Assembly: GCA_964416075.1 (NCBI GenBank)
Contig: CAYQDH010000002.1
Span: 1 to 50,026 of the forward strand
Origin: an uncultured Anaerolineales bacterium
GTDB taxonomy: Bacteria > Chloroflexota > Anaerolineae > UBA1429
DNA length: 50,026 nt
Direction of reading: 5' to 3'
Shown: piece after piece, positions 1-9,118 of the stretch
How positions within the stretch are numbered: the first letter of the stretch is position 1
Layout: every line of letters begins with the position of its first letter
Notes under the pieces: model-generated
The model's input: only the letters and a program-made list of their open reading frames with translations
Databases searched by the model: none
Told to the model about the DNA's origin: nothing
Translations under genes and position numbers: made by a program

Positions 1-1335
1 GCTCCCCATCCCGGGTACGCTCTCGGCCCACAGCCGGCCGCCGTGCATCTCCACAAATTGGCGGCTCAGGGCCAGCCCGAGCCCGGCCCCCGCTCCGCTC
101 CGGAAGCCGGCCTCAGCCTGAGAGAAGCGCTCGAACAGCTTGCCCAGTTGGTCCTCGGGGATGCCAACCCCTGTGTCGCGCACCTTGACTCGTACTGAGG
201 TATCGCTCAACTCGGCGCTCACTGTGATTCCGCCCTGGTTCGTATAGCGTACCGCGTTGTTCAGCAGGTTGAGCATGATTTGGCGCACTCGCGTACGATC
301 CACAAAGAGTTGTGGCAGGTCAGGCAAGGGCTCGAGAGTGCACTCCAGCTCGTGTTGCTTCGCCAGTGGCTGGATGGCTTTCACGGCATCGCGCAGGATC
401 GGAGCAATATCTTGGAGCTCGCGGAACATCGGCAGCCGCGAGGCATCGATGCGCGAGAGATCGAGGATGTCGTTGACCAAGCTCTGGAGGTGCTGGCTAG
501 CGCGATAGAGCTCGGCGACGTCGCTGACCAACTCGGGGGTCCAGCGCACCCCTTCATAGCCGTCGGCATCGAGGTACATCATCTCGGCAAAGCCCACCAC
601 GAGGTTGAGTGGCGTGCGCAGCTCGTGGCTCACGTTGGCGACGAACTGCTCCTTGAGCGCTCGCGCCTGTTCGGCCTCCTGGCGTGCCTGGCCCAGTTCG
701 CGGTTGACGCGTTCCAGGCGCCGCGAGGCCTCGGTGAGCGCCGTCAGCGTGCGATTGAGCTCGCCCTGGCGTCGCCGCAACTGCTTGAGCAGCAAGGCGG
801 CGCGCTGCTGGCTATTCTGAGACCAGGCGAGGGCCATTGAGAAGCCGCGCAAAGCGGTCCATTGCAGAATGGCGACGAGCCAGATCAGGACGAGTGCCGT
901 CACGGCGAGGGGGCCGAAACCCTGCATTCCCAGAAGCGCCGCGCTGCTTAGGAGCGTGGAGGCTACCCCCGCGAGCGGGTTGCTGGCAAAGTTGGCGATC
1001 ACGATCAACACCGCAAAGCAGGGCAGAATCGGGCTCGCGATCAAGCGTTGCGCCCACACAAAAGTGAGCACAGGCCCAACGATGAGCAGAATCTGTGAGA
1101 GAAACGGCAGGCGGCGACGGAAAGCATAGATGGACACCCCTTCGACGATCAGTGATAGATACACCACGAGTCGCCGCCACCAGCCGCTACCAGATTCGGG
1201 GCCCACGAGCAGAGCAAAGATGATGCCTAGGGCGATCAAGAAAAGGCTGATGAACATCAGCAGGTCTTTACGTACCTGCTCGATATCCTCCTTTTGGCGT
1301 TGAGCTGCGAGCTCTGCCTCGTTTTCGGTGACCAT
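1..1335 (-). CDS. Membrane sensor histidine kinase (C-terminal end truncated by window edge)
   Basis: My own minus-strand translation from ATG 1335: MVTENEAELAAQRQKEDIEQ... It has several hydrophobic TM segments and a coiled coil, then the H-box FVANVSHELRTPLN, the N-box IMLNLLNNAVRYT and the G-boxes DTGVGI and GAGLGLALS. The frame stays open to position 1, and it is absent from the ORF track because it runs off the edge. Confidence 0.9.
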   Translation of the reverse strand, partial: MVTENEAELAAQRQKEDIEQVRKDLLMFISLFLIALGIIFALLVGPESGSGWWRRLVVYLSLIVEGVSIYAFRRRLPFLSQILLIVGPVLTFVWAQRLIASPILPCFAVLIVIANFASNPLAGVASTLLSSAALLGMQGFGPLAVTALVLIWLVAILQWTALRGFSMALAWSQNSQQRAALLLKQLRRRQGELNRTLTALTEASRRLERVNRELGQARQEAEQARALKEQFVANVSHELRTPLNLVVGFAEMMYLDADGYEGVRWTPELVSDVAELYRASQHLQSLVNDILDLSRIDASRLPMFRELQDIAPILRDAVKAIQPLAKQHELECTLEPLPDLPQLFVDRTRVRQIMLNLLNNAVRYTNQGGITVSAELSDTSVRVKVRDTGVGIPEDQLGKLFERFSQAEAGFRSGAGAGLGLALSRQFVEMHGGRLWAESVPGMGS

Positions 1336-1480
1336 GTTCCTGCCTCCGGGACACGTCGCGCCCTCGAAAGCGCGCGAGGACGTTCGGGTTCGATGCATGC
1401 GCTGGAAACATGCTAGCACGGACTCCCCGGTACGTCTAGTGGCCCGGCGGCGCTGCCGATCTTTGGCCACCCTAACCAGG

Positions 1481-3607
1481 CTATTCCAGGTCGACTGCCA
1501 CCACTTCATGATCCAGGATCGTCGGCACCGTCACGGTCACATGACCCGGCTCCGCCTCGAACGGTACCACGCTGCCGGCCACGAGCAGTTGCGCCCGCGC
1601 GGCCCGCGCACCCTCAGGCAGGCGGATGCGCACCTGCTGCGTCCCCACCGGATATAGCTCGCGAAAGGGCCCCTTCATCATCATGGGATTCGTCAGGTTC
1701 ACCATGTGCACCGTGAGCGAGCTCTTTTGGCGCCACACCGTCACATCCAGCACACCCGGGCCGGTGACTGTCGCCGGGCGCTCCTCGTTCGTGGCCCAGC
1801 CCACGGCATTGCCCAGGATCCGGCCATGGTCCACGCAGAGCACCTCCCAGAAGATGCGGTCCGCATCCCATGGCAAATACACCACCCGTCCGCGGCCCAC
1901 CTCGCGCACGTAGGCCTCAGGGATGTCGGTCACCGGCTCTCGCGGGTATACCTCCTCCATCGGCAGGTCGGGATAGGAGGGAATCAGCGTCAAAGGCGCA
2001 TTGGGGAACGGTACCGTGCCCTTGACTCTGACGCGATAGGCGCCGTTGATGATGCGCTCCGTATCCTCCAGCCCTGCCAAAAGGGGATGGACCCCGTCCG
2101 TTTGCGGATCGCGTTCCACGCGCAGGTACGAGTTCTGCATGGGCCCTTCGATGCCCCCTTCGTACCGCACGCCATACAGGTCGCACAGGCCGAAATCGGG
2201 CCGGCGCACGCCCCACTCGTCATAGAGCGAGGTCTCGAAGGTGGCCACGAGGCTGCCGCCTCGCGCGACATAATCGCGCAGTTGCTCGCATTGGGCACCC
2301 GAGAGCGCCGCGATGTTGGGCAGGACCAGCGCCTTGTATCGATCGAGGTGTTCGGCGTCCAGCAGCCCATCATGTACCATCTCAAAGGGGATCCGCGCCT
2401 CCACCAGCGCCTGGTAATAGCCCAGGGTATGATCCTCGACCTTGGCCTGCGCCGACTCACCCCCATAATAGGTTGCCGTCTGCTGCGAATAGAGCATCGC
2501 CACGCGTGCGAGCGATTCCTCATTGCGCAGGTAGGGCTCTACCGCATGGTGCCAGCCATAAATATCCTCCACTACGCCGAGCCAGCGCCGGTCGTAGAGC
2601 ATGCCGCCGAACTTGGTGAACCACGGGCGCAGCCCGTTGGCGATTCCGTCGGCTACCCAGATGCGAATCTCGGCCGGGCTCTGCACCGAGTCCTTCCAGC
2701 GGTAATGCTCCTCTACTCCGACGCTAAAGATGCCCCCCGCTGGCTTGTTTCCGAGCGTCGCACGGTACTCTTTCGCGTTCTTGCCATTGGCCCAGGGGAC
2801 CATCAGCCCGCGGCGTGCCTGGCGGTCGGCAAAGAGGATGTCGGACAGTTCACCGATGGTCTTCATATCCAGCGAGCTTAGCGCGCCGCCGCCTGTATTG
2901 GGGATATAGCGCGCAGCGGGGTTGATCGCACGGATCTCCCTGTCCCACAGCTGCCAGAGCTCGAATAGACGCTCTTGGTGCCAGCGTAAGTAGGCGCGAT
3001 AGGCCGAGCCCTGCGGATCCCGCGTCCGGGGCAGGTCCATGCCGTAGGCCTCGCGGAAATTGCGCTGGCAGTGCTCGCAATAGCACATGCCGGAACCCGC
3101 CCAGCGATTGCTAAAGATCCCCTCCACTTGGTAGAGGCGCATGATCTCGCGATGGACCTCGGTCATGAACTCGAAATTGTACGGCCCCAGGGCGCAGGTC
3201 ACCCACAGCTCTGGCTGTGCCCAGTGGCGCCGCGGTTTCCCATCAGCGTCGACAGCGACCCAATCGGGATGGGCCTCGTACGCATCCTGATGCATGGCGT
3301 GCGGGTCGGTGCGAGCGATGACCACCATATCCATCTGCTTGCACCCCGCGACCAACTCGCCAAAGGGATCGGACTCGCCCATCCACTGGCTGCGGTAGTG
3401 CAGTGGAATCTGCGTCGGGTAGTAGCAGATGCACCCCCCCGCGCTCAGGCAGGCTGCGTCGGCATGCACTCGCTGAAAATAGTCCAGCCAAAAGGCAGGA
3501 TCGTACTGCGCGGGATCGTTCTCCACCAGCGTGAGCTGCGCCCAGCGCATGGGCCGGTCGAACCAACCGCCTTGCTCTTGCGATACCATACCCTTAGCCT
3601 CTGCCAT
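1481..3607 (-). CDS. Putative glycoside hydrolase (GHL6/GH42-like catalytic region plus beta-galactosidase-trimerisation-like C-terminal half)
   Basis: The track gives a 716-aa ORF (1481..3631). The likely start is ATG 3607, with GGAGG about 8 nt upstream. The TIM-barrel-like N-terminal pattern (RWAQLTLVENDP, IARTDPH, WVTCALGPYNFEFM, CYCEHCQ) recalls GHL6/GH42-type proteins. The family assignment is from memory only. Confidence 0.6.
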   Translation of the reverse strand: MAEAKGMVSQEQGGWFDRPMRWAQLTLVENDPAQYDPAFWLDYFQRVHADAACLSAGGCICYYPTQIPLHYRSQWMGESDPFGELVAGCKQMDMVVIARTDPHAMHQDAYEAHPDWVAVDADGKPRRHWAQPELWVTCALGPYNFEFMTEVHREIMRLYQVEGIFSNRWAGSGMCYCEHCQRNFREAYGMDLPRTRDPQGSAYRAYLRWHQERLFELWQLWDREIRAINPAARYIPNTGGGALSSLDMKTIGELSDILFADRQARRGLMVPWANGKNAKEYRATLGNKPAGGIFSVGVEEHYRWKDSVQSPAEIRIWVADGIANGLRPWFTKFGGMLYDRRWLGVVEDIYGWHHAVEPYLRNEESLARVAMLYSQQTATYYGGESAQAKVEDHTLGYYQALVEARIPFEMVHDGLLDAEHLDRYKALVLPNIAALSGAQCEQLRDYVARGGSLVATFETSLYDEWGVRRPDFGLCDLYGVRYEGGIEGPMQNSYLRVERDPQTDGVHPLLAGLEDTERIINGAYRVRVKGTVPFPNAPLTLIPSYPDLPMEEVYPREPVTDIPEAYVREVGRGRVVYLPWDADRIFWEVLCVDHGRILGNAVGWATNEERPATVTGPGVLDVTVWRQKSSLTVHMVNLTNPMMMKGPFRELYPVGTQQVRIRLPEGARAARAQLLVAGSVVPFEAEPGHVTVTVPTILDHEVVAVDLE

Positions 3608-3642
3608 GGGTCTATCCTCCATCACCAACATGTTGGATCCAG

Positions 3643-5124
3643 CTAACTAGGCCGCCTCAGTGATGCGAGGGCGGTGCCTGCATGCCGAAAGGCCTCCGCC
3701 GGTCCGTATGGAGCCAGGCCTACGGTGATGTAGGGATTGATGGCCGTGTCGCCTTCGGCATGGGCAAAGCGCCACATCCGCCCACACATCTCCTGTTTGA
3801 CAGTTTCGTAGGCCGGGTCGCTCGCCAGGTTTCTCATCTCGTGAGGATCGTTGCGCAGATCATAGAGCTCGTCGCAATCAAAACCGTTGTACACATACTT
3901 GTAATTGCGCGTCATCACGGAGCGCTGAGTGTAGTAGAGCTCCACGCCATTGCACTGAGAGTGCATCTCGTCACGCCAGACCTCCGGAGGCCGCCCCTCC
4001 ATGAACGGCAACAGGCTCATGCCCGTCAGGTGGTGTTCGGGCGCCACGCCGGCCAGGTCCATGAATGTCGGCCCGAAGTCGGCCAGGGAAACGAACTCCT
4101 CGATGCACCGTCCCGGTTGCTTCACCCCCTTGGGCCAGCGGATCACCGCTGGTACACGATAGGCGCCCTGGAAACAGGGGATCCCTTTTGCAAAGAGACC
4201 GTGCTCTCCGCAATAATCACCGTGGTCCGAGCAGTAGAGCACCAGGGTATCCTCCGCCTGGCCCGTCGCGTCCAATGCCCTTAGCAACTGGCCGAATAGG
4301 TCGTCGAGATATGAGCAGTAGGCCCAGAAGTGGAGAATGGCCGTACGAACCTCCCGCTCTGAGAGTTGGCCAAAGCGCGTGCGCCGCATCCGTTCGTAGA
4401 TGCGCGGCTTGTCGTTCATGTCGTCGGCGTAATTGGCGGGTAGGGACACATCGTCGAGGTTGTACAGGTCGAGGTACTTTTGCGGCACCATATAGGGGTC
4501 GTGTGGCCCGACCAAGCCTACGTATAGGCACCAGGGATCCTGGCCCCGGGCCAACTCGGGCAGCACCTCGAGCGCCTTCTGCACCGCCTTCTCATCGTGG
4601 GGCGTGCCTTCGTTTCGCATACCATAGAGGCAATAGGTGCCATAGCCGGGGCGCATGATCGCCCCTTCGCCTCGCTCGCCACCCTCGGGCTCGGCGGCAA
4701 TGCTACGGTAGCGATCCCAGGTAACGCCATGGTGGTCGCCGGCGCCGCCAGACACGAAATGCTCCCTCCAGCCCCGGTCCTTGGGCCCTTCCTCCACGCT
4801 CACATGCCACTTGCCCGAGAAATCGAGCCGGTAGCCTGCAGCAGCCAGTTCCTCGCTCCATAGCCTGACGCCCGGCCGCACCCCCCGGCTGAGCGCCTGA
4901 TCGTTGCAGATATTGTTCCACACGCCGTGCCTCGAAGGATAGAGGCCGGTGAAAAACGTCGCCCGTGAGGGGCAGCAGTGGGGTGAGGGACAAAAGGTGT
5001 TGCTAAAGGTAATCCCTGCGCGGGCTAAGGCGTCGACGTTGGGAGTGATCGCCGGGTGCTCGGGCAGCACCGTATCGGCGCGCTGGTGATCGGTCATGAC
5101 GATAAGGATATTAGGTTTGGGCAT
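3643..5124 (-). CDS. Formylglycine-dependent (Cys-type) sulfatase
   Basis: N-terminus MPKPNILIVMTDHQRAD is followed by the sulfatase signature CCPSRATFFTGLYPSRHG (C-x-P-x-R). Probable start is M18 of the track ORF (3643..5175). Confidence 0.9.
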   Translation of the reverse strand: MPKPNILIVMTDHQRADTVLPEHPAITPNVDALARAGITFSNTFCPSPHCCPSRATFFTGLYPSRHGVWNNICNDQALSRGVRPGVRLWSEELAAAGYRLDFSGKWHVSVEEGPKDRGWREHFVSGGAGDHHGVTWDRYRSIAAEPEGGERGEGAIMRPGYGTYCLYGMRNEGTPHDEKAVQKALEVLPELARGQDPWCLYVGLVGPHDPYMVPQKYLDLYNLDDVSLPANYADDMNDKPRIYERMRRTRFGQLSEREVRTAILHFWAYCSYLDDLFGQLLRALDATGQAEDTLVLYCSDHGDYCGEHGLFAKGIPCFQGAYRVPAVIRWPKGVKQPGRCIEEFVSLADFGPTFMDLAGVAPEHHLTGMSLLPFMEGRPPEVWRDEMHSQCNGVELYYTQRSVMTRNYKYVYNGFDCDELYDLRNDPHEMRNLASDPAYETVKQEMCGRMWRFAHAEGDTAINPYITVGLAPYGPAEAFRHAGTALASLRRPS

Positions 5125-5188
5125 CTCTTGTCGACCTTTTCGGCCCATTATAACATTTCCTGACCTTGCTCCCAATGCGCGAATTCCC

Positions 5189-5217
5189 TTGACCGCTCTC
5201 TATCCTCGGGCTAGAAT
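5189..5217 (+). promoter_or_regulatory. Sigma70-like promoter for the isomerase gene
   Basis: TTGACC (5189-5194), a 17-nt spacer, then TAGAAT (5212-5217), in the divergent intergenic region between the sulfatase and isomerase genes. Confidence 0.4.
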
Positions 5218-5329
5218 GGCCACTGTATCCGGATAGCCGTGCACAGGACAGCCTGTGCGTGCACCGTTCTTTCATCCATCCCTGATGTCCACGCCGTCGC
5301 CCAGGAGATCGAGATCCGGGAGGAATCAG

Positions 5330-6163
5330 ATGCATATAGGAATCATGTGTCGCACCTTCGTTCGTCCCACGTTGCAGGAGACGCTGGATGCCGTGGTCCA
5401 GCACGGCATTCATTCCATTCAGTTCGGCTTTAGCTGCGTGGGTCTACCGGAAATGCCGGAGCGCATCGACCCAGAGCTGTGCGATTTCATCCGGCAGGAG
5501 ATGGAAGCCAGAAAGATCGCCATGGCCTGCATTTCCGGCACGTTCAACATGATCGATCCCGACGTGGTGGCAAGACAGGATGGCCTGCGACGGCTGGATC
5601 AGCTAGCGGCCGCTTGCGGACGGCTCGGCACCTCGGTCATCACGCTCTGTACCGGGACGCGTGACCCCGATAACATGTGGCGACGACACCCTGAGAACGA
5701 CTCGCCGGAGGCCTGGGCTGATATGCTCGCCTCTACAAGCCAGGCATTGCAGAGCGCCGAACGCTATGGCGTCACACTCGCCTTCGAGCCCGAGGTATCC
5801 AACGTTGTGGATTCGGCCCGCAAGGGCCGCCGCCTGCTCGATGAGATGCGTTCGCCCTACCTGAAGGTGGTTATGGACGGCGCCAACATATTCCATGCCG
5901 GCGAGTTGCCGCGGATGCACGATATCCTGGATGAGGCTTTCGATCTGCTCGGCAAGGATATCGTGATCGCCCATGCCAAAGACCTCGACCACGATGGTGA
6001 GGCGGGGCATATCGCCGCGGGCAAGGGCCTGCTCGATTACGAGCGCTATCTATCCCTGCTCGCGGCTCTCGGGGGCGACCTGCCTCTCATCCTGCACGGG
6101 CTTGCCGAAGAGGAGGTGGACGACTGCGTGGCCTTTCTCGTTGCTAGCTCGCGTTTCTCTTGA
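5330..6163 (+). CDS. Sugar phosphate isomerase/epimerase (xylose-isomerase-like TIM barrel)
   Basis: MHIGIMCRTF... shows the typical AP-endonuclease-2/xylose-isomerase-like pattern (LAFEPE, VMDGANIF, IAHAKD). ATG 5330 is preceded by GGGAGG. The track ORF starts further upstream at 5255. Confidence 0.8.
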   Translation: MHIGIMCRTFVRPTLQETLDAVVQHGIHSIQFGFSCVGLPEMPERIDPELCDFIRQEMEARKIAMACISGTFNMIDPDVVARQDGLRRLDQLAAACGRLGTSVITLCTGTRDPDNMWRRHPENDSPEAWADMLASTSQALQSAERYGVTLAFEPEVSNVVDSARKGRRLLDEMRSPYLKVVMDGANIFHAGELPRMHDILDEAFDLLGKDIVIAHAKDLDHDGEAGHIAAGKGLLDYERYLSLLAALGGDLPLILHGLAEEEVDDCVAFLVASSRFS

Positions 6164-6349
6164 CCGGCGGTTAGTCTACCTCGCGCCGTGCTCCAAAACC
6201 TCAGCGCCCCCGCCAGCGCCCGGTAGCCCTCGATCCGCCTGGGTCTTGGCCTGTCCACCAATTCTCGCGGTGCGCTATGGTCGGTTCAGCCGCGTTGTAG
6301 AGCGCCCTGGAGCCACATGGGCCGCAACGCGGTGTTAGACGCCGGTTGC

Positions 6350-7645
6350 TCATATAGAGATGGCCTGGGGCCACGGCTCGCGGCGGGCTTGGGTCCAAAG
6401 CGTGTTGACGTAACTCAGCGCAAAGTGGTTCTGCACCAAGTGAAGCCAGAAGGCGCCCCGCTCGGTCAGTGTGACATAGTCGCCATCGCGAACCGCGAGC
6501 CCCGCGAGCTCCACGGCTCTCAGCCACCGGTAGGCCTTCAGCGCGTCATGGCCGAGAACTGCATCGAGGCTGTCCAATGGGATGCGGGTATCGTAGAGGC
6601 GCCAATACAGCCACCACCAACCGGGCATCTCACCGGAGAAAGGCATGCGCAGGGCGATAGCCATTCGCCCGTCACACGTTGCGCGAATCCAGCTGTTGAG
6701 ATCAAAGGTGTTGAGCACGAACCCATCGGGCAGGTGCGATCCGGCGCCGGGGCCGATCCCGATGTAGCCATCCCGGGTAACCGACGAGTAGCGCGGAACG
6801 GCGCCGCGCCGGAAGCCCCACACCGATACGCGCTCGTAGCCATGCTCCGCGCACCATGCGTTGATGGCGCGGTAGTGCGCCCGACGCGCGCGCAGATCCG
6901 GCATGCGCACATCTGTAAGGCGCAGGTACTCGCCGACCGAGGTGTAGGGGAAGGTGAAAAGCGGGTAGGTCGTGATCTGCGTTGCGCCAAGCTGCGCGGC
7001 GCGGGCCAGATCCGCGGTCACCTCGCTGGCTGTCTGGCCGGGCAGGGCGAACATGAGGTCCACATTCACCGAGGCAAAGCCGCTCTCCGCCAATAGCCCT
7101 AGCGCGTGTTCCGCGACGGATGGTGTGTAGCGGCGTCCGATCAGTCCCAGGTTCTCGGCACGGAACGACTGCACGCCCAGGGATACGAGGGCAACACCCG
7201 CATCGTGCATCCGCCGCACGGTTACGTCGTCCACGTCAGCGGGGTTCGTTTCGATGCAGATATCCCCCGTCAAGGGGAACCGCTCGCGCACCCGTGCCAG
7301 CACGCTGGCGATGCTGCCCAGTGCAAGCGTCGGTGTGCCGCCGCCGATGTAGACGCTCGTTATTTCGGCAGGCCCGATCCTATCAGCCCACCCATCCACC
7401 TCGGCGACTGCGGCCCGGGTGTAGGGTTTCAATAGCGCTTCGTCATACGGTACCTTGGTGTAGGGGCAATAGGGGCACAAGTTGTGACAGAACGGCACAT
7501 GCAGATACAGCGAGGTACGCTCGACGCGCGGCGGCGCCCAGTCCGCTGCCGGCGCTTCAAACACCCAACGCTGATCGGGTCCCACGAGATGCCTGCGTGC
7601 CACGCGCGTTACGAGGCGGGAGAGCTTGTGGCCCAGCTGGTTCAC
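6350..7645 (-). CDS. HemN-like (coproporphyrinogen-III-oxidase family) radical SAM protein
   Basis: Cluster motif LHVPFCHNLCPYCPY (CxxxCxxC) with a HemN-like downstream region (YIGGGTPT). The likely start is GTG 7645, which forms a GTGA overlap with the upstream stop. The track ORF extends to 7735 and would overlap the upstream gene by 94 nt. Confidence 0.8.
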   Translation of the reverse strand: MNQLGHKLSRLVTRVARRHLVGPDQRWVFEAPAADWAPPRVERTSLYLHVPFCHNLCPYCPYTKVPYDEALLKPYTRAAVAEVDGWADRIGPAEITSVYIGGGTPTLALGSIASVLARVRERFPLTGDICIETNPADVDDVTVRRMHDAGVALVSLGVQSFRAENLGLIGRRYTPSVAEHALGLLAESGFASVNVDLMFALPGQTASEVTADLARAAQLGATQITTYPLFTFPYTSVGEYLRLTDVRMPDLRARRAHYRAINAWCAEHGYERVSVWGFRRGAVPRYSSVTRDGYIGIGPGAGSHLPDGFVLNTFDLNSWIRATCDGRMAIALRMPFSGEMPGWWWLYWRLYDTRIPLDSLDAVLGHDALKAYRWLRAVELAGLAVRDGDYVTLTERGAFWLHLVQNHFALSYVNTLWTQARREPWPQAISI

Positions 7646-8592
7646 CAGTACCTCATCATGCCCAGCATGGCGCTCAAGCGCAGGCGCTGAAACTCGGTGA
7701 TCTCCGTGCAGGCCGCATAGCCGCACTCTGCGCAAATATCGTCAGTGGCGCGGCAGCACACATACTCGCCATCGACGTCCCTTACATAGGCTACCGGCAT
7801 GCGCCTTGGCCAGTCACCGGACTTGAGCGCGAGTAGGCCGGCCCGCGAATTGATCACGGGCAGCCCTGACTTGATACAGCGCAGCAGCCCGTCGATGATC
7901 GGCGCGCGCTCCTCGGCGGTCAGGAATAGCTCGTCGCGACCATAGTAGGGTGTGTGCCAGTAGAACATCACACCGATTACGGGGAACTTGGTCTCACGCA
8001 CCCAGCGCAGGAATGGCTCGATGCCAGGCGCGGTGTTGCGGTCAATCACATAGATCACCGCGACCTTGGGGTGCTGGCCCCCACGGATCGCATTTTCGAC
8101 CTGCTGGAAATGATCCCCGCGTCGCAACTCGAAGGTGCCGGGCAGCCCATCCATGCTGACCCACACCAGGTCGGCCGACGTGTCGAGCCCGAGTGTGCCG
8201 TTGGTGTACAAGTGCACATGGTAGAAACCGATCCGTTTCGCCTCCCCAATGGCATCTTCCAGCCTGTGCTGGCCGTCGCGCCACAGCATCGGCTCCCCGC
8301 CGCTGAGGTACAACTCGCGGAATCCGCGGCCCCAGGCATCTTGCATGGCGGCAACCAAATGGTCCCAGGTCATATCGGGACGGCCAGTGTTGGAGACACG
8401 ACAGCCACGACAGGCCAGGTTGCAGCGGTCCGTAACTGCAACGCCATAGATGAGCGGCTCCGGACGCCCCAGCACGAAAAAGCGCCACGCATACGGGATG
8501 TAGAATCGGAGCCTATCGGCAGCACAAACCAAAAGGCTAACCTCCCTCAGAACGTCATAACTCGGCCATCCTGACGGGTCAAATGCTGGCAC
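7642..8592 (-). CDS. Radical SAM protein with C-terminal Cys-rich auxiliary region
   Basis: Motif VTDRCNLACRGCRV (CxxxCxxC), the GGEP SAM-binding motif (YLSGGEPML), and a C-terminal CCRATDDICAECGYAAC. GTG start at 8592. Confidence 0.8.
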   Translation of the reverse strand: MPAFDPSGWPSYDVLREVSLLVCAADRLRFYIPYAWRFFVLGRPEPLIYGVAVTDRCNLACRGCRVSNTGRPDMTWDHLVAAMQDAWGRGFRELYLSGGEPMLWRDGQHRLEDAIGEAKRIGFYHVHLYTNGTLGLDTSADLVWVSMDGLPGTFELRRGDHFQQVENAIRGGQHPKVAVIYVIDRNTAPGIEPFLRWVRETKFPVIGVMFYWHTPYYGRDELFLTAEERAPIIDGLLRCIKSGLPVINSRAGLLALKSGDWPRRMPVAYVRDVDGEYVCCRATDDICAECGYAACTEITEFQRLRLSAMLGMMRYW

Positions 8593-8803
8593 CTACCCGA
8601 ACGTCGCCTGGCCGATCATCGCGACGTCTGCCGCGGCGACGAGCCCGCACGCGAGGCACCATAGGCCCAGCGTTAGGCCGCGCCCTGCAATATTAAGCAG
8701 CTCCGGCGCGCGGTGCCCTCTACCCGTCCAATCTCAGACAGGCCCTAGTGTAGATCGAGTCACTCCCGACGTCAATGCCTTTGCAAGGCCAGCTATTTTC
8801 CGT

Positions 8804-8832
8804 TTGACAAACGCCTCTGCTCGTGCTAAGTT
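8804..8832 (+). promoter_or_regulatory. Sigma70-like promoter upstream of the AOR leader
   Basis: TTGACA (8804-8809), a 17-nt spacer, then TAAGTT (8827-8832). Confidence 0.4.
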
Positions 8833-8949
8833 GGCCACGTATACTCTGGACAGGCCTAGCCTCAAGGAGGACGTCCCGGCAACCACACCGCTCAAGCCAC
8901 GCTAAGGCCTTTGGGTGCGCGCCTGCCCTCGCACCCCATAAAATAGGTC

Positions 8950-9036
8950 AAACCTCCGACTCATCACGCTCCCTCGAGGACGAATGAGCGTTAGGTGCGG
9001 GGAGCAATCCCCACGCCCGCCGTTAGCAAAGGAGGT
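8950..9036 (+). promoter_or_regulatory. Candidate Moco/Tuco (molybdenum/tungsten cofactor) riboswitch aptamer
   Basis: 5' CCUCCGA (8953-8959) pairs with 3' AAAGGAGG (9028-9035) as P1. An internal helix is CUCAU (8960-8964) with AUGAG (8984-8988). A hairpin is GGUGCGGGG (8994-9002) with CCCCACGCC (9009-9017). CCUCCGA...AAAGGAG matches my recollection of the Moco-motif consensus. It lies directly upstream of a W/Mo-pterin enzyme gene. Confidence 0.5.
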
Positions 9037-9082
9037 GGCCTCGTTGTGCCGATTCTGGCGCACGAAGGTCACCTCCTTTTTT
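9029..9082 (+). terminator. Intrinsic terminator / expression platform of the AOR leader
   Basis: AAGGAGGUGGCC (9029-9040) pairs with GGUCACCUCCUU (9067-9078) and runs into a U6 tract (9077-9082), whose first two U form the base of the stem, then AUUU. The 5' arm reuses the GGAGG that closes the putative aptamer P1. Confidence 0.6.
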
Positions 9083-9118
9083 ATTTCGGAAATCGGTAGT
9101 CTGTACAGAGGAGGAAAC

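Noticed and set aside
6350-8592. Calling the radical-SAM pair an anaerobic sulfatase-maturating enzyme (anSME) for the nearby sulfatase.
   Set aside because: anSMEs are single proteins of about 370-400 aa with a SPASM domain that binds two auxiliary clusters. Here there is one short enzyme with a single C-terminal Cys cluster plus a HemN-like enzyme. I keep this only as a hypothesis to test.
8593-8680. An Arg-rich 27-codon minus-strand ORF (MVPRVRARRRGRRRDDRPGDVRVGASI) just upstream of the first radical-SAM gene, considered as a possible RiPP precursor.
   Set aside because: It has no RBS, overlaps the radical-SAM start in another frame, and its composition is what random GC-rich sequence yields. 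It has no Cys/Ser/Thr-rich core.
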